Positions 29,636 to 38,550 of a stretch of 64,000 nt of DNA are shown here, piece by piece (positions within the stretch are counted from its first letter, which is position 1; every line of letters begins with the position of its first letter). The DNA comes from a virus. Position numbers and translations under genes: made by a program. The notes under the pieces are model-generated. The model had not been told where the DNA came from. It saw only the letters and a list, made by a program, of their open reading frames with translations, and ran no database searches. The stretch lies in IMG/VR virus record IMGVR_UViG_3300028581_000012. The stretch is one strand, 5' to 3'.

Positions 29636-32600
29636 TTATACATTATCAAATGATGCTCCTGTAGGTGTAATAACAAATTCAATGTCAATATATTCAAGAG
29701 CTCTTGTTGGTTTTAGGTAAATTTTACCTGTTAGTGTATTTGAATCCAAATCTTCAGGTGTGTTTGATACCGTCACACGGAAATCAATTAAACCTCTATC
29801 TCTTCTTATTGAATCTAATATTGGGTTAACTGAATCAAGGAAGTCTTGTCTTACTTTATCATCGTTTTGTTCAAATAGTAATCTAATAGCTACCGCAGAA
29901 ATCAATTTACGAGCTTGTAACAATAATCTTCTAACATTAATTCTGTCAAGCGCAGACTCTCTAACTTGTAATGTTTTATTACCCCAAATCACTGTACCCA
30001 CGTCATTATATGTTGCAATTGGATTGACTCTACCTTTATAAAGAGTATCTCTATCTTCTTGTGTCAGTTTCTTTCTTGCTTGAATAGCATTTACAAGACC
30101 TCTTGTATAACCCGCAGATGCGAACCAAGGGAATGCAATATTATCCGTTAACGCCAAGTTTTTAGTTACTTCAGCGGTTGGTGGTAGATAAATTTGAGTG
30201 TTATTAACCGCATCCCGAGTAAGAACCCAAGGGTAGTAAGTTGCCGCGTAACTTGAATCAATACCTGTGTTTTCTAAATTATCTACAACCTCTTGTGGGT
30301 AAATTAATCCTTCGGTTATATTTTGGTAAGATGGTAAAAACAAATTAAAATCGGGTGTAGTTGTAATGTAAATTGAGTCGGCTCTATCTTCTTCAATCAT
30401 ATTAACCGCATCTTCAACAAGATTACTGTTATTTACATAATCAATTCCTGGTGTAACAAACACATTAATGTTAGTTGCTTCAGGGTTTGCAAATGTTGTT
30501 TGACCCCATTTGTATGCGTAAAAGTCAGTATTCGCCCAAGTTTCTTGGTTAGGCCCTGATATTTGTTTAAACGCTCCCCATCCTGATGCTGTTGGGTATG
30601 TTGCCGAAGCGGCTGCTCCAAATTTGTAACCTGTTTGACCAAGTGCGAATGTATCCGCATTTGTTCTATATTCTCTGTATATGTCCCATCCGTCAAAACC
30701 TCCGTAAGCATATAAAGTATATTTACGAGTATTCAATCTGTAATATGGATTATCAGAATCAAGTGGTTCACTTGAAAACGACCCCGTTCCAACTTCAAAT
30801 GCTGATTGACCTGATGTTACATAATTGTTAGATATTGTTACAATAGTCGCTCCACTATCTAAGTGGAAACCTTTTGTTACATAACCCCAATCAGGACCTG
30901 TTGTATCGGTTGCAATATTTGTTGGTAATTGTTTTCCTTTATAATCAAAGAAGTCATAATCAACTCCTGTGATATTTGAAATACCCAAATAAGCCCTTCT
31001 AACATTTTCACCTGAAGATATTCTAATGTTATCACCACCGTTAGCAGAACCAAAAGGTGGGTTATCAATTTGGTCACCAGGTTGTAAATATCTTGTTTTG
31101 TAATTAACAAATGGAGGTGTTGCGTTCGAGTATTCTCTCATAATGTAACCTTCAAAACCACAAGGAAGTGCGTTTGTAGGTGCCTCGTCAGCCATTTCAA
31201 TCATAATGTATTTTGACTTAACTTGATATTCACCGTTAGATGTACCGATTTTGTTAGCCACAAAGTTGTTTTGTGTTGGGTCTAATGAGCAGTTTGTAAA
31301 ACTTTCAACAACTCTAACATTTTGGTCAGTGTCAAAGAAGTCTCTTACAAATACATCAAATGTATTATTTGTAAATGATATATTACCGATAGAAAGTTTA
31401 ACCAATCGGTTAGCTGCGTTACCATCAGATATTAATACAAATCTAAATAATTTGTAAACTAAATTACCACGTAATTCAGACACTAAATAAGGTGTTTTAG
31501 GTGTTTGATATTGTTCTAAATAGAAACCAATTGTTTCAGTATTCAAAGATTCTGCACTGTCAAGTGCAATTAAATCACAAAATAAACCTCTAATTTTACT
31601 ATTATTGTATCCTGAATTTAATAAACTTGGGTAAATTTCCTCAACAAATAATGGAACTTCATTTCTATCTTTAGCAAAATTTGATTTACCAAACAAACTA
31701 GACATATAGTTAGAGTTTGTAGACTGCATCGAAGTTTCAAAACTAAATGTGTCAGAATCATATGTTATACCTGAAATTACAAATGTTGAATAAGGGTTGC
31801 TAGTTACAGCCGAGTATGTACCAGTACAAACCATTTGAACGTCACTTGTTCCTGTAACCCAATATTGTGGACCGTGTTGTGTTGAAGAATAACTTGTTAA
31901 ACCTCTTGAACGTAATGTTGAAACAACTAAATCATCCCATTCAGAATAAGGTGACCCTGAGTAGAATGTCATACCAATATTACATATACCTGAGAAAACT
32001 CCACCACCTAATGTGGTCATACCTCCAATTGATGCCCCAAATCCATATCCATAGTAACTTCCAACACTCTGTACTTTATTATAATCAAATAGTGCGTAGT
32101 ACCAAGTGTCATTAGTACCTGCTGATAGATTAGCCAAAGATAAATTCAAATTATCAACACCAAAAGTTTCAGTGTTGGTGGTTACGGTATTTACTGAAGA
32201 GCCGGACACATATGTTAATGTATCAGCACTTAACGTACCCCAATAAATTGCAGTTGTCGCTGAAGTCGCAGCACTTGTACTAAACGCATTAACATTTGTA
32301 GAAATATAATTTTGGAAGTCAGCGTTTAATGATGACGTACCACCATTAAATGTTGTGTAAGTATTGTAGAAATCTGCAGATAATTGAGCAGGTACCGATG
32401 TGATTGTAATGTTACCACTTGTACCTGTTGTACCTGTAAAGTTAAGAGTAATACCTGTTGTGTTACCGGTAGCCGATATTGTTCCTGGGTCAGGATTAGC
32501 AATTGTAACAACTGACCAAGACGGACCAGCGTCATACCCTGATAAACCAAGAACTCTTGTTACAAATAACTGATTTGATTGACTTAAATATGATTTTGCA

Positions 32601-32839
32601 ATATATGACGTTTCATATTTTGGAATTTGTGTGTTTACAAATTTTTCAGGACTTGTTCCACCAAAATAAACTTGGTATTCATCAAAATTTGTGATGAATA
32701 TCGGTTCGAATGCAGGTCCTTGTAGAGTTTCCCCAACAATACCTAAAGTTGTTACACCAACGCTTTGTGCTACAAATGTTAAATCTCTTTCTGAAGTATA
32801 AACTCCCGGTGAGACGAAAACCTTATTACTAGATGCCAT
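29636..32839 (-). CDS. Tail sheath protein (T4 gp18-like)
   Basis: FVSPGVYTSERD N-terminus, PWFASAGYTRG, VIWGNKTLQ, DRINVRRL, KPTRALEYIDIEF. Confidence 0.97.
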   Translation of the reverse strand: MASSNKVFVSPGVYTSERDLTFVAQSVGVTTLGIVGETLQGPAFEPIFITNFDEYQVYFGGTSPEKFVNTQIPKYETSYIAKSYLSQSNQLFVTRVLGLSGYDAGPSWSVVTIANPDPGTISATGNTTGITLNFTGTTGTSGNITITSVPAQLSADFYNTYTTFNGGTSSLNADFQNYISTNVNAFSTSAATSATTAIYWGTLSADTLTYVSGSSVNTVTTNTETFGVDNLNLSLANLSAGTNDTWYYALFDYNKVQSVGSYYGYGFGASIGGMTTLGGGVFSGICNIGMTFYSGSPYSEWDDLVVSTLRSRGLTSYSSTQHGPQYWVTGTSDVQMVCTGTYSAVTSNPYSTFVISGITYDSDTFSFETSMQSTNSNYMSSLFGKSNFAKDRNEVPLFVEEIYPSLLNSGYNNSKIRGLFCDLIALDSAESLNTETIGFYLEQYQTPKTPYLVSELRGNLVYKLFRFVLISDGNAANRLVKLSIGNISFTNNTFDVFVRDFFDTDQNVRVVESFTNCSLDPTQNNFVANKIGTSNGEYQVKSKYIMIEMADEAPTNALPCGFEGYIMREYSNATPPFVNYKTRYLQPGDQIDNPPFGSANGGDNIRISSGENVRRAYLGISNITGVDYDFFDYKGKQLPTNIATDTTGPDWGYVTKGFHLDSGATIVTISNNYVTSGQSAFEVGTGSFSSEPLDSDNPYYRLNTRKYTLYAYGGFDGWDIYREYRTNADTFALGQTGYKFGAAASATYPTASGWGAFKQISGPNQETWANTDFYAYKWGQTTFANPEATNINVFVTPGIDYVNNSNLVEDAVNMIEEDRADSIYITTTPDFNLFLPSYQNITEGLIYPQEVVDNLENTGIDSSYAATYYPWVLTRDAVNNTQIYLPPTAEVTKNLALTDNIAFPWFASAGYTRGLVNAIQARKKLTQEDRDTLYKGRVNPIATYNDVGTVIWGNKTLQVRESALDRINVRRLLLQARKLISAVAIRLLFEQNDDKVRQDFLDSVNPILDSIRRDRGLIDFRVTVSNTPEDLDSNTLTGKIYLKPTRALEYIDIEFVITPTGASFDNV

Positions 32840-32926
32840 TTTAATTATGTTTTAGCTTTTTATGTTTTATATATAAATACATTCAATTTTTGCAAAAAAC
32901 TATTGACTATAATATATTTATCTAAC

Positions 32927-32952
32927 AAGGCAGACTAAATTCTGCCTTTTTT
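32927..32952 (+). promoter_or_regulatory. Perfect inverted repeat plus T-tract in leader of small DNA-binding gene (operator or attenuator)
   Basis: AAGGCAGA-CTAAAT-TCTGCCTT-TTTT. Confidence 0.5.
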
Positions 32953-32965
32953 CTACCACATAATT

Positions 32966-33127
32966 ATGACAAAAACCAAAAAAATAAAAAACTTAAAAAT
33001 ATCTGAAGAGGTACACGATGTATTAAAAAAATACTGCGAAAAAAACGGATTAAAGATGTATAAGTTTTTAGAAAATTTAATAGTTAAAACTTGTGCAAAA
33101 CCTAAAGATATATACGGTGAAGATTAA
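32966..33127 (+). CDS. Small ribbon-helix-helix-like DNA-binding protein
   Basis: Not in track (53 aa): MTKTKKIKNLKISEEVHDVLKKYCEKNGLKMYKFLENLIVKTCAKPKDIYGED; strand-helix-NG-helix pattern. Confidence 0.75.
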   Translation: MTKTKKIKNLKISEEVHDVLKKYCEKNGLKMYKFLENLIVKTCAKPKDIYGED

Positions 33128-34356
33128 ACTAGGTATGCAACAGTTTTAATCACTGATGTTTCACTAATTAGTTTTTTATAAACTTTAACCACTAAAGTAT
33201 CACCATCATTAACTTGTATTGTTTGTAAATCGTCACCCACATATAATCCGTTTATAAATACTGAAAACGCATTACCACAAGAAGTTGTTGAGTTTGTTGT
33301 GACACCAGTGGGGTTTGAAAATGTTGGTGTTGTCCCACCTTGTACACAATAAGATGATGAAGAACCACTTGTTATTCCCGATACCGTTGCCGGTCCACCA
33401 CCACAAGGGGTAAAAAATAAAGTGTTGGATGTATTAGACGTATATGAAAAATTATAACAATTTGTTAAATTTTCTAACTCAACAACTTTTAAATCCGCAG
33501 TATACCTAATTACCTCTGAAAGTTGGGTGACTCCTGGTAAGAAAGTAAAATCAAAATCAAAATTGTCAGGTCTTGGTGGTTCTATTTCAACTCTTTTACT
33601 TTTAACTTTAGTGTCAACTTCAAACATTGTCAAATATCTTGATATTGCTGGTGATACTTGAAAGTCTTTTTCATCTAATAAAAATCCTTGAAGTGTCATT
33701 TTATAATTTATAATATAATACTTTCTTTTTTCTAAATCTTTAACCGATTCATCAGATACCTCATCTAAAAGAATTGGCATGTAGTGACCGTTAATTTGAG
33801 TGTGAGCTTGAGCAGATGCAAACGTTTGTAAAACGATTTTATTAAACTCGTTGTTTTCTCTCATTCTATTACAAAATAATTTTACGTTAAAAACTAAATC
33901 AACAGCAATAGGTTGAGGTACTTTGTATACGTCGGCCCCTTTTCTTTGACCATCCCAAGTAGGTACGGTAAAATAATTTATTCTTAATTTTTCGGGAACA
34001 TTATACTTACCCCCAACTAATTTACCAAGTTTTACTTCAGGTGTTCTAACAATCGCAACAAATGGTAATGATATATTTTTATCTAAATCTTGAAAGTTCC
34101 AAGTTTGTGTAAATTGAGACCAATTTTGATTTGTAATGATTCTATCGATAGTTGGTACTTTTTTTCCATCAACAGTTAACATTAATCTTTCTTTAACAAA
34201 ATCTAAAAATCCTCTATCTAAATCTGCATGAAGAACTCCTTTTGGTAAATAAGTTCCGTGTCTTGTGACATCATCAAGCATTTCTTCCCTTCTTTCCACA
34301 CCAAATTTTTGTGGAATTAAAGGTAAATGTTTTTTTATTTGTTTAGGAAACGCCAT
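33124..34356 (-). CDS. Tail completion/terminator protein (gp15-like) with C-terminal extension
   Basis: PQPIAVDLVFNVKLF segment; lies between neck and sheath genes; Cys/Thr/Ser-rich C-terminal domain. Confidence 0.55.
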   Translation of the reverse strand: MAFPKQIKKHLPLIPQKFGVERREEMLDDVTRHGTYLPKGVLHADLDRGFLDFVKERLMLTVDGKKVPTIDRIITNQNWSQFTQTWNFQDLDKNISLPFVAIVRTPEVKLGKLVGGKYNVPEKLRINYFTVPTWDGQRKGADVYKVPQPIAVDLVFNVKLFCNRMRENNEFNKIVLQTFASAQAHTQINGHYMPILLDEVSDESVKDLEKRKYYIINYKMTLQGFLLDEKDFQVSPAISRYLTMFEVDTKVKSKRVEIEPPRPDNFDFDFTFLPGVTQLSEVIRYTADLKVVELENLTNCYNFSYTSNTSNTLFFTPCGGGPATVSGITSGSSSSYCVQGGTTPTFSNPTGVTTNSTTSCGNAFSVFINGLYVGDDLQTIQVNDGDTLVVKVYKKLISETSVIKTVAYLV

Positions 34357-34358
34357 AA

Positions 34359-34874
34359 TTATATACCTTCAAACTCATTATTTGTGACAGGTGTTGCAAG
34401 AATTGTTCTATAAAATCTTTTGTAACCACCATACGTGTGTTTATTATCGGTGAAAACTCTACCATCATTAACAACACTATAATACCTAACTCTTGTTTCA
34501 GTTTCGTAATAACCAATGTAATCACCAAACTCAATATCAATTTCTAAATCATCTAAATAATCTTGATAAACACTAACTGTTAAATTTCCAGGTTCAAGCT
34601 GTTCTAATTTTGTGGCACCGTAATCTGAATTTGATGGAGCGTCAATTTTTACTAAACCTTTAAACTCAATAGGTGGTAAAAATTGGATACCACCTTTTAG
34701 TGCTTCACCATAAACATCGTCATTATTTGTTTTTTGTCTGTCAATTTTATATAATACCAATGTGAAATTCATATCACCCTCTAACCATTCTCTACCCATT
34801 TTAATGTCTAAATTAAAATCATCTTCGGCAAAAAACTTATTTAATCTTGTAATTGGAACTTTAGGTTGTGTCAT
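34359..34874 (-). CDS. Neck/head-closure protein (gp14-like)
   Basis: DDVYGEA, IEFGDYI; adjacent to gp15-like gene. Confidence 0.6.
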   Translation of the reverse strand: MTQPKVPITRLNKFFAEDDFNLDIKMGREWLEGDMNFTLVLYKIDRQKTNNDDVYGEALKGGIQFLPPIEFKGLVKIDAPSNSDYGATKLEQLEPGNLTVSVYQDYLDDLEIDIEFGDYIGYYETETRVRYYSVVNDGRVFTDNKHTYGGYKRFYRTILATPVTNNEFEGI

Positions 34875-34891
34875 ACCTATAAATACTTTAA

Positions 34892-34920
34892 TTGATTTTT
34901 TGTTTGTATTATACTATATT
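34892..34920 (+). promoter_or_regulatory. Sigma70-like promoter for SNF2 helicase
   Basis: TTGATT-N17-TATATT, ending 7 nt before the ATG. Confidence 0.5.
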
Positions 34921-34927
34921 ATAATAT

Positions 34928-37792
34928 ATGAGTGAAGATTTTGTGTCAAAAACACCAGAGTCAAAGGCCCTTTTAATATTAGAAGATTATGAAGGGTCAA
35001 ATAACTATATCCTAAATTTAAAACACAAAAAGGAAAATAGTAAATCTTTTACCCCAACAAGAAGTCAATCTGAATACATAATAAATTATAGGAACACAAA
35101 TCCAAAGGTTGCAAAAAAATGGGTTAAGTTAGACTCATATTTTGGTAAAAAACTTATGGAGGACAAAATGTATACAAAAGAACCTTCTGAAATTTATGTT
35201 GAAAAGTTATTAGTAGAAAAAGATAAAGCTTTTCATATTTGGGGTAAGATTTTTAGTGGTGAAACATTACACGATTTTTGGATACCAAAATCTGCAATCA
35301 TTAAAGACAACGAAGTAAAAAATATTGTTATTGATTATAGCAAGTATTACGTTAGACCACCAATGGAACATCAAAAGGTTGCTATTGAAAAATTGGTTGG
35401 TAATAAAAAGTTTATTTTAGCTGACGATATGGGACTTGCAAAAACGGGTTCGTCAGTAATCGCCGCGTTAGAATCTGATATTAAAAAAATACTAATAATA
35501 TGTCCCGCTTCGCTTAAAATAAATTGGCAAAGAGAGATTAATATATATAGTGACCGTAATGTTTATATTGCTGAAGGGAAGAAGTTTTCAACGAATCACG
35601 ACATTGTGATAATAAATTACGACATTTTAAAAAACTTTCACGACCCTAAAAATAAAGAAAATTCTGAAATATTAAAATCTAATTTTGACCTTTTAATTGC
35701 TGACGAATGTTTTACTTACGACACTAAAATAACAACAAATAAAGGTGAAATTAAAATTGGTGATATTGTTGAAAAAAATTTAGATGTAGATATTTTGTCT
35801 TATAATCACAACACAAAAAAAACCGAATACAAAAAAATATTTAGAAAATTATTTAAAAAAACAGACACTATACTTCAAATTAAATTACACAACGGAGTAT
35901 TTATAGAGTGTACACCAAATCATAAAATATATGTAAAAGATAAAGGATATGTTAGAGCCGATAAAATTAATACAAACGACTATGTGTTTGAATTGTCAAA
36001 AATTATTAACAAAAAAACAAATAATGAAGAAGAGTCAAACTTGTTCAAAATCTTGCAGCACGACATATCGTTACAAAAAAAATCCACCACAAAAAAAAGA
36101 AATAGAATTAAAACATCAAAAAAAATGTTTACATTGTGGAGAAATAATGAAATTTCAAACACAATCACAAATGAAAAAACAAATTTGTTGTTCAATAAGT
36201 TGCGCAAGCAAAATGAAATGGAAAAAAGAAGAAACAAGACAGAAGTGGAAAAACTCCATGAAAAAACACAATATGTCAGAAAAAATGAAAGAAGTTCACA
36301 GGAAAAATCCAAATATAAGGAAGGAATCGTCGGAAAGAATGAAAAAAAACAACCCAATGTTCAATTTGGAATCATTGGAAAAAATGAAAAAATCTTTGTC
36401 TGGAAAAACTTTTTTATCGAGAGGCGGAAACGGGACATTAACAAAACAACAAAAAAAATTATACAAAGTTTTAAGTCAAGAGTGGGAAATGGAATACACT
36501 ATTTTAACAAAAGATTATATTGGACATCAAAAAAGTTTACCAAATCATTACAATGTAGATATCGCCAATTTGAAACTGATGTTAATTATAGAAATAGATG
36601 GGAAAAGCCACAAACTAAAAAAATGGAAATTTATAGACAAAAGAAAAACAGAAATATTAACTTCATTGGGGTGGACAGTATTAAGATTTTGGAACGAAGA
36701 AATCGACAACAATATAATGGATTGTCTGAAAAAAATACAAGCGTATACGATTTAGAAGTTGTAGATAATCACAATTATTTTGCAAATAATATTTTAGTCA
36801 GTAATTGTCATGTTGTGAGTAACCCACAAGCTCAACGCACTAAAATAATAAATGACATAGCAACATCGATTGAAAGAGTTTGGTTATTAACTGGAACCCC
36901 TATAACCTCAAGACCTATGAATTATTATAACTTATTAAATTTAGTTGATAGTCCTGTGGCTGCGAATTGGATGGCATACGCTAAAAGATATTGTAATGGG
37001 TTTCAATTTAGTGTTGGTAAAAGAAAAGTTTGGAACGTAACAGGGGCATCAAATTTAGAAGAATTAAGAGAAAGAACTCAAACACATATTCTTAGAAGAT
37101 TAAAAGAAGAAGTGTTAGATTTACCTGAAAAAATTATAACTCCTGTTTATTTAAGACTAAAGTCAAAAGATTATGAAGAGTTAATGGGGGAATATTTTGA
37201 TTGGTACGATTCAAGACCTGAAGAGTCTTCATCGTTAACAATTCAGTTTTCAAAGTTAATGAAAGTTAGAAAAGTTATCGCTCAAGAAAAAATAAATAAT
37301 ACAATTGAGTTAGCTGAAAATATTATTGAGCAAGGTAAAAAGGTTATTATTTTTACAAATTTTACAGATACATTAAACATAATTTACAATCATTTTGGAA
37401 AACAAGCGGTCTATCTTGACGGTAGTTGTTCTAAGTTTCATAGACAAAACGCTGTGGATGAATTTCAAACAAACGACAAAATAAGAGTATTTGTTGGAAA
37501 CCTGAAAGCTGCAGGGGTTGGTATTACTTTAACGTCAGCTGAAGCCGTGATAATGAATGATTTATCATTTGTTCCTGCAGAACATTCACAAGCCGAAGAC
37601 AGGTCCCATAGAATAGGACAAAAAAATTCCACATCTGTTTATTATCCACTTTTTGAAAACACTATTGAAGGTGCGATATACGACATACTCAATAGGAAGA
37701 AAAAAATCATAGCAACAGTTATGGGTGACGATATGATGGATGACGCATCGACAATTGAAGAAATGTTAAATATGATTTCCTATAGGAGGTGA
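34928..37792 (+). CDS. SNF2/SWI2 (HARP-like) helicase, intein-containing (954-aa precursor, 588 aa spliced)
   Basis: LADDMGLAKT, IICPASLKINW, DE|CH after splicing, LLTGTP, ILRRLK, AAGVGITL, QAEDRSHRIGQ. Confidence 0.93.
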   Translation: MSEDFVSKTPESKALLILEDYEGSNNYILNLKHKKENSKSFTPTRSQSEYIINYRNTNPKVAKKWVKLDSYFGKKLMEDKMYTKEPSEIYVEKLLVEKDKAFHIWGKIFSGETLHDFWIPKSAIIKDNEVKNIVIDYSKYYVRPPMEHQKVAIEKLVGNKKFILADDMGLAKTGSSVIAALESDIKKILIICPASLKINWQREINIYSDRNVYIAEGKKFSTNHDIVIINYDILKNFHDPKNKENSEILKSNFDLLIADECFTYDTKITTNKGEIKIGDIVEKNLDVDILSYNHNTKKTEYKKIFRKLFKKTDTILQIKLHNGVFIECTPNHKIYVKDKGYVRADKINTNDYVFELSKIINKKTNNEEESNLFKILQHDISLQKKSTTKKRNRIKTSKKMFTLWRNNEISNTITNEKTNLLFNKLRKQNEMEKRRNKTEVEKLHEKTQYVRKNERSSQEKSKYKEGIVGKNEKKQPNVQFGIIGKNEKIFVWKNFFIERRKRDINKTTKKIIQSFKSRVGNGIHYFNKRLYWTSKKFTKSLQCRYRQFETDVNYRNRWEKPQTKKMEIYRQKKNRNINFIGVDSIKILERRNRQQYNGLSEKNTSVYDLEVVDNHNYFANNILVSNCHVVSNPQAQRTKIINDIATSIERVWLLTGTPITSRPMNYYNLLNLVDSPVAANWMAYAKRYCNGFQFSVGKRKVWNVTGASNLEELRERTQTHILRRLKEEVLDLPEKIITPVYLRLKSKDYEELMGEYFDWYDSRPEESSSLTIQFSKLMKVRKVIAQEKINNTIELAENIIEQGKKVIIFTNFTDTLNIIYNHFGKQAVYLDGSCSKFHRQNAVDEFQTNDKIRVFVGNLKAAGVGITLTSAEAVIMNDLSFVPAEHSQAEDRSHRIGQKNSTSVYYPLFENTIEGAIYDILNRKKKIIATVMGDDMMDDASTIEEMLNMISYRR
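35708..36805 (+). mobile_element. Intein (366 aa) inserted in helicase motif II (DE/CH)
   Basis: Block A CFTYDTKITT, block B IECTPNHKIYV, block F VYDLEVVDNHNYFAN, C-terminal ILVSN followed by +1 Cys. Removal restores LIADECH. Confidence 0.95.
35949..36755 (+). CDS. Putative homing endonuclease (Zn-finger repeats + NUMOD3-like + Vsr/DUF559-like), nested in the intein in the +1 frame
   Basis: CLNC...TCSKSC, CLHC...CCSISC, SERMKKNNPM, YNVDIA...LIIEIDGKSH...DKRKTEILTSLGWTVLRFWNEEI. Confidence 0.88.
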   Translation: MLEPIKLIQTTMCLNCQKLLTKKQIMKKSQTCSKSCSTTYRYKKNPPQKKEIELKHQKKCLHCGEIMKFQTQSQMKKQICCSISCASKMKWKKEETRQKWKNSMKKHNMSEKMKEVHRKNPNIRKESSERMKKNNPMFNLESLEKMKKSLSGKTFLSRGGNGTLTKQQKKLYKVLSQEWEMEYTILTKDYIGHQKSLPNHYNVDIANLKLMLIIEIDGKSHKLKKWKFIDKRKTEILTSLGWTVLRFWNEEIDNNIMDCLKKIQAYTI

Positions 37793-37804
37793 TATTTATT
37801 CTAT

Positions 37805-38524
37805 ATGAAATCAAAAATTTTCGAAGGGTACTTAAAAACAATCAATCATATTGAATCATTATTAGAAATTGAATCATCTGAAAAAATCACCTTAATTAGT
37901 GAAATTAAAAAAATCAGTATAGATAAATTACCATATGATTATAATTCTTTAGAAGTTTTTATTGATAGTGAGACTATGAATACTCACTACAACAAACATT
38001 ACAAAGGTTATGTTGATAAGTTAAACAAAGAATTAGAAAAAGTTAAAGGGAAAGATTTAGATTTGGAACAAATAGTTTCAGACATATCAAAGTTTAATAC
38101 TGTTGTTAGAAATAATGGTGGCGGAGCATTTAATCATGCATTATTTTGGAAAATGCTTTCACCAAAAAAACAAAAACTTGAAGACCCAATAAAATCTAAA
38201 ATTGAAAAAACTTTTGGTTCTTTTGAAAAATTTAAAGAAAAGTTTGAAGAAGAGGCAAAATCAAGATTTGGTTCAGGGTGGGTTTGGTTAATATTAACTA
38301 AAACTAATAGACTAAAAATTGTTACAACCGCAAATCAAGATAACCCATTAATGGACAACCAAGAAGTTAGAGGATATCCTCTTTTGGGGTTAGATGTTTG
38401 GGAACATGCGTATTATTTAAAGTATAAAAATCAAAGGGATAAGTACGTTTCAAACTTTTGGAAGGTGGTTAATTGGGGGTTTGTAAATGATTTATATTCG
38501 ACGCAGTCAAAACTTAATGACTAA
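37805..38524 (+). CDS. sodA: Mn/Fe superoxide dismutase (Mn-type signature) with N-terminal extension
   Basis: LPYDYNSLE, THYNKH, NNGGGAFNHALFW, FGSGWVWL, ANQDNP, DVWEHAYY. Confidence 0.95.
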   Translation: MKSKIFEGYLKTINHIESLLEIESSEKITLISEIKKISIDKLPYDYNSLEVFIDSETMNTHYNKHYKGYVDKLNKELEKVKGKDLDLEQIVSDISKFNTVVRNNGGGAFNHALFWKMLSPKKQKLEDPIKSKIEKTFGSFEKFKEKFEEEAKSRFGSGWVWLILTKTNRLKIVTTANQDNPLMDNQEVRGYPLLGLDVWEHAYYLKYKNQRDKYVSNFWKVVNWGFVNDLYSTQSKLND

Positions 38525-38550
38525 AAGAATATTTATATATAAAATATATT

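Noticed and set aside
35980-36357. 125-aa antisense ORF within the intein (possible third coding layer)
   Set aside because: Phe/Leu-rich mirror of an A-rich sense strand with no motif or expression signals
35949-36755. Sequencing frameshift or pseudogene explanation for the out-of-frame nuclease
   Set aside because: The helicase/intein frame is uninterrupted from 34928 to 37792 and codon choice avoids stops in it; two exactly compensating errors plus an ~270-codon stop-free alternate frame is implausible
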